A stretch of 62,920 bases of DNA, filler included, from Octopus bimaculoides (lineage: Eukaryota), in assembly GCF_001194135.2 (NCBI RefSeq). It is 7 parts of 7 records of this genome, joined end to end, with 100 filler letters (N's around TTAATTAATTAA, not from the genome) between each part and the next. Parts side by side here need not be neighbours in the genome. Positions count along the whole stretch, not along the records: positions 1 to 5,085 come from NC_068981.1; positions 5,186 to 7,705 come from NC_068984.1; positions 7,806 to 11,918 come from NC_068988.1; positions 12,019 to 16,740 come from NC_068990.1; 3 more parts are not named here. The stretch is one strand, 5' to 3'. The notes under the pieces were generated by a model that was given only the letters and a program-made list of their open reading frames with translations, did no database searches and was not told where the DNA came from. Numbering within the stretch: the stretch's first letter is position 1; each line of letters begins with the position of its first letter. Below, one piece after another: positions 1 through 12,419 of this stretch. The translations under genes were made by a program, and so were the position numbers.

Positions 1-247
1 GGCGTCCAGTTCTTTTATTTGTGTAACTTTCGATGCCAAAGTTTGGGACAATTCCTTCGAGGATCTTCCAGATGTATTTTATGGCATATCTTTCTCGTCT
101 ACGCTCTAAAGAATAGAGTCTTAATCTCTTGAGTCTTTCCCAATAGCTTATATGCTGCATAGAGGCTATCTTCTTCGTGTAGCTTCGTTGGATTGCCTCA
201 AGTTCTGAGATTAATTTGACACTGGTTGGTGACCATAGCTGAGAGCA
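1..247 (-). mobile_element. CR1/L2-type LINE, ORF2 C-terminal fragment (runs off window start)
   Basis: Minus-strand translation CSQLWSPTSVKLISELEAIQRSYTKKIASMQHISYWERLKRLRLYSLERRRERYAIKYIWKILEGIVPNFG matches the typical post-RT region of CR1/L2-group LINEs; it abuts a (TA)n run at its 5' truncation. Confidence 0.8.
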
Positions 248-329
248 ATATATATATATATATATATATATATGTAATATGGCGTCGACATCAGTCACGT
301 ACGGAAAAGCGAGGGCTGTTCATTTTCTG

Positions 330-2640
330 TGTAGTGAGTGCTATCCCTAGAACTTTTGCAGTTGATAAAAGCCGAATAAAAATTGGTCTTCGAGTAAATC
401 TCTGTATGAAAGCAATGGAGCGGCGAACATCAGCTGAAAGTCAACATGTGGAATCTCTACTGCTTAAACAATTCGCAGATCACAGGACTATCGAGAGAAA
501 TTTTAGTGACTTTTGAATTGCGACAATACTTCGATAAATCCTATAGAAAAGTCTTGGGAAATCTTTCGATTAGCTGTATAAAAAGAATGAAAAATATCTA
601 GGATCTGAGATACCCACGGACTATTTGCGATTCAATACAGCTGCATCAAGAAATAGTCTTCGTAGAAAGAAAATTAGCTGTTATCGCTACAGACCATCAA
701 AACCACACAGTAAATCAAAATCAGACAAGAAGAGTAACATCTTCTACTGAGAGGACCATAAACAACACAAACCACGACCGATGCGATGGTAAATGATTTT
801 GAACAAATAATAGTTATGAGTGAAGTATATATGCAACTGAAAGCCCAGTTAACAACAAAATTGTGTAATGAAAAGCAAGGGAACGATAAACTTGTATTGT
901 TGTAGTAAAACCAATTGTTTTGTTTGTCTGTTTGATTTTTTCGGTTGAAGCTTTGTGATTTAGTTTGTGTATAACAAATATACACAAGATAGTTCTTTCA
1001 CAACTGACTAAATGTATGCATACACATTATTTTTTATCGAATCATTCAAATCCAAAAATACAAATCAATGTATTGGGAACTGAATGCTAAACACACAGGA
1101 ACGAATATAAGTCATTGCTGAACAATATATAAAAAAAGTGGGGTGCAACTTTGAAAACATTAAATAGTAAAAAGCAAGCGGAAACAAGACAACAGAACCA
1201 GATGAATTTAAGATGAATTAAATAATAGCTTAAACAGCTTCCAAACTTAACTATTTGTAATACACAAACTACATGACAACAAAATTCAAGTAAAATTTCA
1301 CCATCTTCCTTAATAAACAATTGCATGAGAGAATAATTATCGCACGAATCAACAGGGAACTACCGACCTGATTTTGTCCGCTATGAACCGTGTAGTTAAG
1401 TAGCAACTGGTGGAGATCGAGAATTCCAACTTTTAGACATTCAATTTTCTTCTATACAGTGATACGGTTACCATTTGCTAATAGATGGGAATAAGAAAGA
1501 TAAATCATAGCGAGAAAAGGAGAAAAAAATAATGGATGACCTCTCTCCAGACAAATATCGGAAGACTCAGAAAACATTGAACAATTAGACACTGGCATTA
1601 AATAAATTGACGAACCGCGAGCTATGACTTTATAATAGATTGTCAAAAATCTATGGGAACTGTTAGTAAGTGACACCAACAGGCAAGCTAATTGTTCTTA
1701 AACACGAACTATGATCGGTAAATGAAAAACACGGCTATCGTAAAAAATTACCATGACGAAAAGCCAACAATCGCAAGTTTACAGTAAAACCATACGCGGT
1801 ATATCACAATATGAAAAAGCATTCTATCAAGTTAAAAAGTTCCTCCCCAGGAAATTAATTTGAAGACGGATCAAGAATGTAATCAAACAACTCAACCATG
1901 ATATAATGTGGTTAGATGAACTACAGAGTAAAATATTGTACAAATGTATCTCTCAAAATATACAATATTAGCAGCGAATTTTTCTTGACGGTTGTTGCAA
2001 AACTACTGAACGTAAAACCACCTGAAAGACACCTGATAGTTGGTTTATGTACAGAAAACTCATCTTCTGCAGAACAACCATCGTTAACCTATTCAAAAGA
2101 AGGTTTATGTGCGAGACTGGCTGGCAGTGGCACCTACTATCTAGAAAACAGTTAGTACTCAAAGGCCAAGAGACGCTTGTGGCTAAAACTACGAACCCAT
2201 AGCGTCTTCAATGTAATGTAAAAATTATATACAGGGTACTTGGATGCATTTATTTAAGGTCACAGCAAACACAAAACTTCCTGAAAGAAACGAAATAATA
2301 CTACCGAAACCTGTTGGTTATATGGCTAGAGTATAAAAAGATGTTTGGATCTGTTCCTCGTTCTTGGACAATCGAGTCACTACAGCTTTAACAACTATAG
2401 AAGATTTCAACAACTATAGACGATGTCATTAAAAAACTGATAACATGTTCCACAAATCTATTGATAATAATTGAAGCTATTACTATACTCACTGACAGAA
2501 TTAGGCAATCAACAGTAATATTTCAATATGTCAGTTGAATCCTTGTCAACAGAGGTTTATTAATTTAAATGCTCCGATAGAGGACCGTATCAGACACTTC
2601 TGCTAGATAAGTATGTGCAATTGTGAAAATACTCTTAAAT
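330..2640 (+). mobile_element. Highly decayed R4/Dong-type LINE
   Basis: Frameshifted remnants occur in the expected order: KQFADHRTIERN (N-terminal), KLLNVKPP (like NWKAPG), GTYYL, KNYEPIA..NVM*KLYTG (like NYRPIACLNxMYK), WLEYKKMFGSVPRSWTIESL (like WIDYKKAFDSVPHSWI). Boundaries are approximate. Confidence 0.55.
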
Positions 2641-3059
2641 AGATATATATTACTTGAAACCTGAAAATAATTTAAAGAAATCATATTTTTAAATAAATTT
2701 TACTACCCTCGTCTTCTTCAGATAAGTTACACTTAGTTTTTCAACATACTTCGTAAAGAACTAATGTTGGAGACTGTAAATGGTTATTCGGCCTAATAGA
2801 AATAGTTGCACAATCATCCTGAAATCACATGAAACATATATGAATATTTGACGATTAGAATGTCTTATATATGTTTATATATGTGTATGTGTACGTGTGG
2901 ATGTGCGCGCGCGTGTGTGTATATACATACACAAATATTAACGTATATACATACGTATACATAACGTATATACATACATATAAATAACATATATACATAC
3001 ATATACATAACGTATATACATACATATTGCAAACGAATTACATGCTGCTTCAATGCAGT

Positions 3060-3500
3060 TCATTGAATTTACAGTTTCCATCTTTCATTAATTTTCTGAT
3101 TTGTGGTCCATCAAATACTCCAGCCTTTATCTTTTCACTGCTCGGACCGGGAAATGGGCTGCAGATGTAGCGAAAGCATGGTCCATCTTTATCGAGAGCT
3201 TTAACAACTAGCTTCATCATGCCAAGTTTGATATGGAGTGGAAGTAAGGATGATTTTTTTCTGGTTGAACTAAAGGCTCTTCAACCACATTAAAATACCC
3301 TGGAACTAATGCTTGCTGCAGCCTTTCTTTGATCACAAAAAAATATTTTGCCTTGGCTTTGTTCTCCAACATATACAAAAAGCATGGATAGTTGGTGTAT
3401 CCACTTTGTTGTCCCGGAAGAAAATTCATCATCTTAAAGTCCACGCATATCACCCACTAATGACTGAGAATTTGAGTAACTTGAAATCTCCACATACCTC
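3060..3500 (-). mobile_element. DNA transposase fragment, resembling the CMC/Chapaev-3 type
   Basis: ORF 3217..3453 ICVDFKMMNFLPGQQSGYTNYPCFL continues after a stop into KIKAGVFDGPQIRKLMKD, matching the ICGDLKV..GYTKxxCFLC...GPQIR transposase family. The superfamily name is from memory. Confidence 0.6.
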
Positions 3501-3616
3501 ACAAACTAAGTTCGTTCTATATGCCTACAAAACTTGAAGTTCCACCGAGCCGGGTCAAACTGTTATTAAAAATAACGTGTATATATACAGATAGATAGGT
3601 AGACAGACAGACAGGC

Positions 3617-3651
<35 letters not shown>

Positions 3652-3682
3652 TTCAAACTCCTTCGCACTCTGAGTATATGTA

Positions 3683-4420
3683 CAGGGTGCAGTGAATAAA
3701 TTGTTGTCTAAATTACACACAAATGAAAATCACACTGACATCTCATTTTAACAGGTATATTTACCAAAATTACATTAAAATATCTAGAAATACTAAAGAG
3801 TAAATTCATTCAATAAAATTGCCATTCACTTCAACTACGGCCTCCAGACGACTTCAGAATTTCCTGCAACTCTTAGAGATAGTCTCCCTGTTTAAGTTGG
3901 TCAATGATGCTATAATCCCTGCCTTCAGTTCATCTTTGTTGTTACAAGGAGTTTTGTTGGTCTCTCCCTCAGCTGCGCCCCACACATAATAACCAAGAGG
4001 GTTGCAAACTGAGGGGTTAGGTGGCCAGATATTAGGGGTAATGTGTTCACAGAAATTATCTGACAGCCATGACTGGGTTCTCCTGCTTGTGTGGCATAGT
4101 GCAGAGTCCTGTTGTCAGACATACTCTTCCAGCAGCCACCCTCTTGACTCAGGGCAGCACTACCTCCTCCAGGCACTTGATGTAGGCCTCCGTGTTGAGT
4201 CCGAGACCGTGTGGGAAGATGAATGGCGGCATAACGTCACTATCACTAGTGATCACTCGAAACATCATGATGCTGACTGGATGTTTGATTTTTATCTCGG
4301 TACATGTTTTGGGGACACGGCAAGTCCTCAGATTGACACCCAATCACTCTCAAACCTTCATATTGGAGATTCCGGCGCGAATCCCAAGCAGTACAGCATG
4401 TCGTTTCCAAATTTTTGGCA
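3683..4420 (-). mobile_element. Tc1/mariner (maT/DD37D-like) remnant, 3' half with one TIR
   Basis: HPVSIMMFRVITSDSDVMPPFIFPHGLGLNTEAYIKCLEEVVLP plus degraded downstream catalytic motifs; terminus TA-CAGGGTGCAGTGAATAAATTG at 3681-3703. Confidence 0.8.
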
Positions 4421-4558
4421 GTGAATTTCGTCAGGGTTATGTATTGTTTTTCTCACAGACGGTGCCCAACTGACCCCACTATACTGTGTAGTCGACAAAA
4501 TCAAAAACAAACAATGCGCATTCTAAAATATAAAACGGCGACAATTTACCCATCGCAC

Positions 4559-4667
<109 letters not shown>

Positions 4668-4986
4668 TTATACAAAGGGAGATTTAGCGTAACACAAAAT
4701 GTGAGAAAGCTGTATATATATATGTGTGTACAGAGAGAGATACATATATACATGCGTATAAATATATACATTAAAGAGAGTGAGAGGGAGAGGGAGAAAG
4801 AGATGTATACATATAAGCACACACATAAAATATGTAAAGAACAAACTAGATAATGTGATCCCTGTACAATACTAGCAAGAGCAGGTGCTCAAAATTAGAA
4901 TGACTTTGAACACGGCTGAGTGGACTTGAAGAACAAGAACAACAGCAACAACCTATCTCTAACAATAAGCCTCAGTCAAAAGTAAT

Positions 4987-5021
4987 ATTTCTGATGAAGA
5001 GCTTCACTCGAAACGTGAAAT
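4987..5021 (+). ncRNA. Minimal type I hammerhead ribozyme-like motif (Penelope type), cleavage triplet mutated to GUG
   Basis: ATTT-CTGATGA-A-GAG(CTTCA)CTC-GAAA-CGT-G-AAAT: 4-bp stem I, intact core, 3-bp stem II, palindromic ACGT stem III. Confidence 0.6.
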
Positions 5022-5129
5022 CCTCTTTCTTTTCTTTCTTTTCCTGAGCGTCCAATAACATTGTACATTATATATATATATATATNNNNNNNNNNNNNNN
5101 NNNNNNNNNNNNNNNNNNNNNNNNNNNNN

Positions 5130-5141
5130 TTAATTAATTAA
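5130..5141. other. Artificial gap linker TTAATTAATTAA (also 7750, 11963, 16785, 48094, 60915)
   Basis: Identical 12-mer with stops in all six frames, centred in 100-nt gap blocks six times. Confidence 0.97.
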
Positions 5142-5185
5142 NNNNNNNNNNNNNNNNNNNNNNNNNNNNNNNNNNNNNNNNNNNN

Positions 5186-5218
<33 letters not shown>

Positions 5219-5290
5219 ACAGAGAGCTAGATAGACATAGATATAGAGAGCTGTTTGTCTGTCTATCTTTCTCTAGATAGATAGATAAAT

Positions 5291-5331
<41 letters not shown>

Positions 5332-5740
5332 CAGGCAGACAGACAGGCAGACAGACAGACAGATAGGCAGGCAGACAGACAGGCAGACAGATATTCAGTT
5401 TAAGAAATGAAGAAAATACACTGATCTACTGTGTACGAATGGATGATGGTAACATTTACAATGCAGGGAGATCACATTTCCTTCTTTGAAACTAAGGTTC
5501 AAATGTTGACTGACCTGGTTCAATCCTCATCAATGGTTATGGTCTGTTTCAATTTTAATTTATTATCGATAAATATTTAATATTGAATATTGATCAGTAA
5601 TTATAAAAAGAGGAAAGAGTAGTATTGAATGAACCAGCCTTAGTTTTATTGCTGGTACTTATTTAATCAATCCCTAGAGATAGATAAAAGACTGAGCTGA
5701 TTCCAGCAGGATCTAATGATAACATTTAATCGTATGTATT

Positions 5741-5786
<46 letters not shown>

Positions 5787-6039
5787 NNNNNNNNNNNNNN
5801 NNNNNNNNNNNNNNNNNNNNNNNNNNNNNNNNTGTACACACACACACACACACACATGCATATAGGTATAGAATGTACGCATACATATACACATTGACAT
5901 ATAAATATAAAGGTGTGTGTGTGTGTGTGTGTGTGTTTGTGTGTGTACATATACACACACATAGTCTTTTCTTTCAGGTGCAGGCTGACATCAAACATCT
6001 TACCCACCACCACCACCACCACCACCACCACCACCAGAA

Positions 6040-6300
6040 ACTCTTTCCCTTTCAGAAATTTAGGGCTGCTACCATTAAAGTTGGCATGATGAAAGGTAGA
6101 TTACAGAGACTGTAGAAATGCTAGAATAGAGGAGTGTAGATGTATACTGCATACGAGTTGTGAGATGGAGGGGCACCTTTGCCAGATTCCTCATAGGCAA
6201 GGGACAAAATTACAAACTTTTTTGAGTGGGTAACACCACTGGAATGGGTGAAGTTGACACACTTTTAGCAAAGCTTATGAGCAGCTTATAAAGTAAAGCA
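6040..6300 (+). mobile_element. RTE-clade LINE, AP-endonuclease N-terminal fragment
   Basis: FRAATIKVGMMKGRLQRL..EMLE*RSVDVYCIRVVRWRGTFARFLIGKGQNYKLF resembles the LRVGTxNV...VDICCxQExRWRG start of an APE domain. Confidence 0.7.
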
Positions 6301-6601
6301 ATTTCAAGAGTGTTCATATAGGACTGTCAATATATAGGACTTGCAGAAATGGCCAGGCATGGTATTTAAGTAAAGAAATACTTTGCAGTGAAAATTAGAT
6401 GTATTCTTATACCCCAAATCAATGAAATACTTGAAACTTGATATTTTTCATTCTTATTAAGCATGATATAATAATAGTTACTGTGAAGTATTTCATCATT
6501 TATGTATTTATGTGTGTATGTATGTATGTATGTATGTATGTATGAATGTATGTATGTGTGCATGCATGTGTATGTGTGTATATGTGTATATAGATAGTTA
6601 A

Positions 6602-6820
6602 TCCTTTAACATTTAAACTGGTCATATCCAGCCAAAATATTCTAGCTGTTTTATGTTCATACTGGCCAGATCTGGCATCTCACACCAACCCAACAATATC
6701 ATTCTAAAAATTAGCAATTACTTCATCAAAATTTCAAAGCTATCAGATAGTGCATGATTAATTCAAAACAATGTGAATAAAATGCATTACATTCGACATT
6801 GTAATCTGAATGCTAAAGGG
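6602..6820. mobile_element. piggyBac-type MITE
   Basis: TTAA at both sides (6598-6601, 6821-6824); termini TCCTTTAACATT and AATGCTAAAGGG are near-perfect inverted repeats. Confidence 0.75.
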
Positions 6821-7062
6821 TTAATAATAGTTTGTCTCAGCGCCACATGATTTAAAGTTTTGTGGGTCCATCTCATCAGAAGCTGCTAGGAGTAGTGTGG
6901 GAGAAATTCAAAATAGCTTTTGGGTTTTAATGGGGACATGTCCTACATTCCTACTTGCCCACAAAACTTTGAGTCATGTAGAGCTGAATCAAACCATAAT
7001 TCAAACCAAATGTGTTGAGTACCTCTTTCTTTTGTTCACACACTCATACATATATATGTGGC

Positions 7063-7104
<42 letters not shown>

Positions 7105-7189
7105 ATCACGTGATCACATGATTGACCAGGTTATCAGATGTTGTTACAATGCACTTTTGCATTGTTTTAGCTTTATATATATATATATA

Positions 7190-7323
7190 TACATAAAGAA
7201 GGGCCTCCAGCCGCAGAAACCATACCAAAGCAGACAGTCAAGCTTCACACAGTCTTCTGACTTGACAGCTCCTGTCAAACTATCCAACCCATACTAGTAT
7301 GGAAAACAATGATGATGATGATA

Positions 7324-7330
<7 letters not shown>
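7190..7330 (+). mobile_element. SINE 3' part, (GAT)n-tailed family, degraded
   Basis: Similar to copies at 7400-7560 and 13480-13700; ends ...ccaacccatactagtatggaaaac(aat)gatgatg. Confidence 0.6.
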
Positions 7331-7356
<26 letters not shown>

Positions 7357-7397
7357 TGTGTGTGTGTGTGTGCATATATCAATATGTACAATATATA

Positions 7398-7560
7398 TCA
7401 TCATCATCATCATCATCGTTTAACGTCCGCTTTCCATGCTAGCATGGGTTGGACGATTTGACTGAGGACTGGTGAAACCGGATGGCAACACCAGGCTCCA
7501 GTCTGATTTGGCAGAGTTTCTACAGCTGGATGCCCTTCCTAACGCCAACCACTCAGAGAG
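7398..7560 (-). mobile_element. SINE 3' part, (GAT)n-tailed family with TGGCGTTAGGAAGGGCATCCAGC domain
   Basis: Reverse complement reads gtggttggcgttaggaagggcatccagctgtagaaactctgcc...ggaaagcggacgttaaacgatgatg; homologous to 13480-13700 and to the tail at 62863-62920. Confidence 0.75.
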
Positions 7561-7591
7561 TATATATATATATATAATGTAAATGTGCATA

Positions 7592-7705
7592 CCCATCAGA
7601 GTGTAAGCATCTTGAGAGAAAAGCTGAACATAAGAAGCATCAGTTGTGGTGTGCAAGAGAGACGATTGCGCTGGTATGGACATGTGGTGAGAATGGATGA
7701 GGATA
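7592..7705 (+). mobile_element. RTE-clade LINE, ORF2 C-terminal fragment
   Basis: SVSILREKLNIRSISCGVQERRLRWYGHVVRMDED contains the RRLRWxGHV motif; cut by a gap. Confidence 0.8.
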
Positions 7706-7805
7706 NNNNNNNNNNNNNNNNNNNNNNNNNNNNNNNNNNNNNNNNNNNNTTAATTAATTAANNNNNNNNNNNNNNNNNNNNNNNNNNNNNNNNNNNNNNN
7801 NNNNN

Positions 7806-8140
7806 TTGACCCCAGGACTTATTCTTTGGAAGCCTAGTACTTATTCTATCGGTCTCTTTTGCCGAACCGCTAAGTTACGGGGACGTAAACACTCCATCAT
7901 CGGTTGTCAAGCGATGATGGGGGGACAAACACAAACACACAAACATATACACACATATACATATACATATATATACATATATACGACGGGCTTCTTTTAG
8001 TTTCCGTCTACCAAATCCACTCACAAGGTTTTGGTCGGCCCGAGGCTATAGTAGAAGACAATTGTCCAAGGTGCCACGCAGTGGGACTGAACCCAGAACC
8101 ATGTGGTTGGTAAGCAAGCTACTTACCACACAGCCACTCT
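7806..8140 (-). mobile_element. SINE family A (tRNA-like head, CORE-like CCTTGGGCAAGTGTCTT segment, internal microsatellite)
   Basis: Aligns by eye with at least 10 other copies in the window; internal (CA)/(TA) tract; 3' end lost in a gap. Confidence 0.85.
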
Positions 8141-9200
8141 CATTTATTTATATCACGGTATCATGAGATCTGTCAAGATTTATATGAATTGTCATCCGAC
8201 GTTGATGATTATACAGTTATTACTAAAGCACTTTGCGACTCATCACAGAATGCGTGGATGACTGGACAATCAACATTAGAGCAGTTTATTTCGTAAATGA
8301 AATAGTGAGAATGTTGAAATATCAGGTTAGAAACATTATTGATCGAAGCCAATGGAAAAAATCTAATAAGAAAATGTAAGTCCTTAATAAAAGTCAAAAA
8401 AAAAAAAAGAGCAAATAATCGTGTTTTTGATTTAACTTCTTTGAAAGAAAGCGTCTCCTATTTACACGCACACATACACGCACACACACACACACACACA
8501 CATGATCGTTCTCACAAGACAAGGCTATTTCCTTCGATTAGAATTCANNNNNNNNNNNNNNNNNNNNNNNNNNNNNNNNNNNNNNNNNNNNNNNNNNNNN
8601 NNNNNNNNNNNNNNNNNNNNNNNNNNNNNNNNNNNNNNNNNNNNNNNNNNNNNNNNNNNNNNNNNNNNNNNNNNNNNNNNNNNNNNNNNNNNNNNNNNNN
8701 NNNNNNNNNNNNNNNNNNNNNNNNNNNNNNNNNNNNNNNNNNNNNNNNNNNNNNNNNNNNNNNNNNNNNNNNNNNNNNNNNNNNNNNNNNNNNNNNNNNN
8801 NNNNNNNNNNNNNNNNNNNNNNNNNNNNNNNNNNNNNNNNNNNNNNNNNNNNNNNNNNNNNNNNNNNNNNNNNNNNNNNNNNNNNNNNNNNNNNNNNNAT
8901 ATATATATATATATATATATACATATTTATATATACATACGTACATTCATATATATATATATGCACTCACACATATACACATGCGCACATATATTTTGTA
9001 TATTTAACTGTTCATATATTTACTGTAGATGTATGTGAACGAGTTATCATAACGTATCAATAGCGAAGCAAGCGATAAGATTAGCGCTCAAGTCTTAAGT
9101 GATAAGACCGGTATTAAGTCTTATCAGTCAATTGCGTGTGGCAAACGATGGATTCATCCCTATGACTGTACGAAAGAAAAAGTGACCTACACTCCGCTTA

Positions 9201-9790
9201 CGAGGTCTGATCAATAAGTACCCGGACTGTTGCCATAGTAAAGAAGCTAAAGCACGCAGAGTAAAGCTGCTGAGCAAAAATTGACCTTTAACTCTGATGT
9301 GCATGCGCACTAAGTTTTACCGTTCTATCTCACTTCAGCTGTTTACAGCAGTACTTGGAAGGAAGGTGTGTAGCGTGTGATCGTCGCTTTGACTATGACA
9401 GAGAAAGTTATCACGGCGATACCTGCTCAGAGGCATACGCAAAAGAGTATGGAGAGGAGGCATACACAGAAAGACTATGGAGAGGAGTTTATGAGCTGCA
9501 CACAAGTGTAAGAGTCGTTCAGACGTTTCCAAGATAGCCAAAATGATGTCGATATTGACGAACGTTCTGGGAGATCCCCAACCAGCAGAATTGAGAAAAA
9601 CATAGGAGATGAGCGTGCAGTTGTGAGGGAAAATCGACAAATCACAATCTGTGAGTTATCAGAGGATGTGCGGATTAGTTACGGTTCAGTTCAGTCCATT
9701 ATCACTGAAGATGTGGGTATAAGACACGTGTCTCCCAAGTTTGTGCCAAAACTGTTTTCAGCTGACACTCAAGTTTCAGTTGCACAAGGG
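9201..9790 (+). mobile_element. mariner transposon 5' remnant (TIR plus HTH DNA-binding region)
   Basis: TA-CGAGGTCTGATCAATAAGTACCCGGACT terminus; frameshifted DERSGRSPTSRIEKNIGDERAVVRENRQITICELSEDVRISYGSVQSIITEDVGIRHVSPKFVPKLF matches the mariner DxxRSGRP...KFVPKLL region. Confidence 0.85.
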
Positions 9791-9967
9791 CTCTCTTAGA
9801 TTATATTACCCAATATCCAACGTATTCTTTGCTATTTTAAGTTGGTAAAAATTTGGTTGCTGCATGTGATAAGTCGAGTGATCGCATAGAGGCTCCCTGG
9901 ACGGTGTATGGAATTCCGTCGGATATGTGCGTAATACATATATACTCCACCTCCCCATACACACACA

Positions 9968-10044
<77 letters not shown>

Positions 10045-10142
10045 GCACACACACACACACATATTTGTATACATGTATGCATGTGTGGGTGGATGTGCAC
10101 ACACAAGCGTGTATGCACGTATGTATGTATGTATGTCCGTGT

Positions 10143-10530
10143 GGAGGCGCAATGGCCCAGTGGTTAGGGCAGCGGACTCGCGGTTATAAGATCGCAGTTT
10201 CGATTCCCAGACCGGGCATTGTGAGTGTTTATTGAGCGAAAACACCATGAGGCTCTGGCAGGGGATGGTGGCGAACCCTGCTGTACTCTTTCACCACAAC
10301 TTCTCTCACTCTTTCTTCCTGTTTTTTATTATGCCTATAGTTCAAAGGGTCAGCCTTGTCACACTGTGTCACGCTGAATATCCTCGAGAACTACGTTAAA
10401 GGTACACGTATCTGTAGAGTGCTTAGCCATTTGCACGTTAATTTCACGAGCAGGCTGTTCCGTTGATCGGATCAGCTGGAACCCACGACGTCGTAAGCGA
10501 CGGAGTGCCAACAACAACAACAACAACAAT
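10143..10530 (+). mobile_element. SINE family C (tRNA head, (CAA)n tail), full length
   Basis: GGAGGCGCAATGGCCCAGTGGTTAGGGCAGCGGACTC...TTTCGATTCCC A/B-box-like head; highly similar to 30074-30462; ends CGGAGTGC(CAA)n. Confidence 0.9.
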
Positions 10531-10929
10531 GTATGTCCGTATGTATGTATGTAAGTACCATTCTACTTTCCAAGCGTTATTTAACGTAACTGTTATTTGA
10601 AAGAAATTAGCAACCATTATGACTACCGTAAAAGTTCATTATTATATAATTTAATTAAAAGCAAAAAAAAAAAAACTAAAATTCTTTCATAAAGATCCAA
10701 CGAAGAGACATTGAGAGGGTAGAACAGAGAAAGGGAGAGATAGAAATAAGGCAGTGAAGGTAGGAGAGAGGAAGGTAAGAGGAGAAAGAGAGAGAGAAAT
10801 AACCATTAAACTCTACCTACTTAATTCTGAGGCTGGAGCTTATTCGAAAGAACAAGATTCCCTAAGCCTGAAAAAAACGCTAGTTTTTCGGAAGGAGAAC
10901 CTTCAAGTGCCACCGATACTCTTTTTCTA

Positions 10930-11035
10930 CTAAATGCCCTGGAGCAAGGCCGCAACGCATCGCCTAGTATGACAATCGAAATCATGACCTTAAGGACAAT
11001 AAGCCCAATACCGTAACCACTACGCCACACGCTCC
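10930..11035 (-). mobile_element. Old tRNA-SINE head
   Basis: Reverse complement gtgtggcgtagtggttacggtattggg...tttcgattgtc...ggccttgctccagggcattt. Confidence 0.5.
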
Positions 11036-11326
11036 ACACTTAATTACTAGACGATGATTTCATTCACTGTTGCATTTTCCTGTAATAAATAAATCAAAAC
11101 TATATACTAGATGCAATGAAGGAGTTGTTGCGCGGTCAATCAACCTGCTAGAAATAGCAACCAAATTCTTCTCAAATCACAATCTATTATACTGTCATAA
11201 AAGTAAATGACTCATTGGTAATGTAGTCCTAAATATACAGTACACACACATGTGTATATTGAAAAGTGTGTGTGTGTGTGTGTGTACACACACGCACGTA
11301 TGTATGTATGTATGTATGTATGTATG

Positions 11327-11357
<31 letters not shown>

Positions 11358-11886
11358 GTATGTATGTATGTATGTGTGCATATATGTATACATATGCATT
11401 TTAAAATTTATGTATCTATAACTATCTTCTTAACTAGCTATCCATTCACACACACACACACATATACATAGGCAAACAATTTTCATGGCTTAGTCACAGG
11501 AAGAAGGGTAGCACCCATAAACTTTACGCAAGACCTTCAAGATTGCTGGGGTGGAGCGAGAAAGGAAGACACGACGATTGGTGTTTCTACAGTAGGAAGT
11601 AAAATAGCGAGATATAAACTTATATATGCAGAGATAGGAAGTTAGGGCCGAATAATTATAACTGCATGGAATCTTTTAAAGGTGCTTAAAATGTCAGGTG
11701 GTGGCGTCAAAGCGGCACACGAATGGAGGCTTCAACCTACACTGCCATGTAAACTCTCAAATCCACAATTTATTCTCTTTCTGTCTGTCTGTCTGTCTGG
11801 CAGTCTGTCTGTTTGTTTGTCTAAAAGTCTACCTCGCCCCCTGTCTCTATCACGCACACTCTTTACCAAAATATGAGCATGTGCTG

Positions 11887-11918
<32 letters not shown>

Positions 11919-12018
11919 NNNNNNNNNNNNNNNNNNNNNNNNNNNNNNNNNNNNNNNNNNNNTTAATTAATTAANNNNNNNNNNNNNNNNNNNNNNNNNN
12001 NNNNNNNNNNNNNNNNNN

Positions 12019-12075
<57 letters not shown>

Positions 12076-12076
<1 letters not shown>

Positions 12077-12236
12077 GATGGGCTTCTTTCTGTTCCTGTC
12101 TCACAAATTCACTCACACGGCTTTGGTCAGCCTGAGGCTGTAGTAGACGAGTCTTGCCCAAGGTGCCAGACAATGGGACTGAACCCAGAACTATGTGGTT
12201 GGAAGCAAGCTTCTTACCACACAGTCATGCCTCATA
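12076..12236 (-). mobile_element. SINE family A, 5' half
   Basis: Matches the family A head; follows a (TA)n tract next to a gap. Confidence 0.8.
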
Positions 12237-12300
12237 TATGTATATATGTATAAATAAATATATGTATATGTATATGCATCCATGTATATATATATATATA

Positions 12301-12341
<41 letters not shown>

Positions 12342-12419
12342 ACATATATAAGAAATTATAAAAGGAAAATACACACATTTTACATAGTTTTAATATAATT
12401 TTTAATATATCAACCTTCT

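Noticed and set aside
5130-5141. Recurrent TTAATTAATTAA palindrome as a biological motif
   Set aside because: It always lies centred inside N blocks, so it is an assembly linker.
10143-10215. tRNA genes at SINE heads (also 30074, 20350)
   Set aside because: Only A/B-box-like parts are visible, with no complete acceptor stem, and each continues into a dispersed repeat body.
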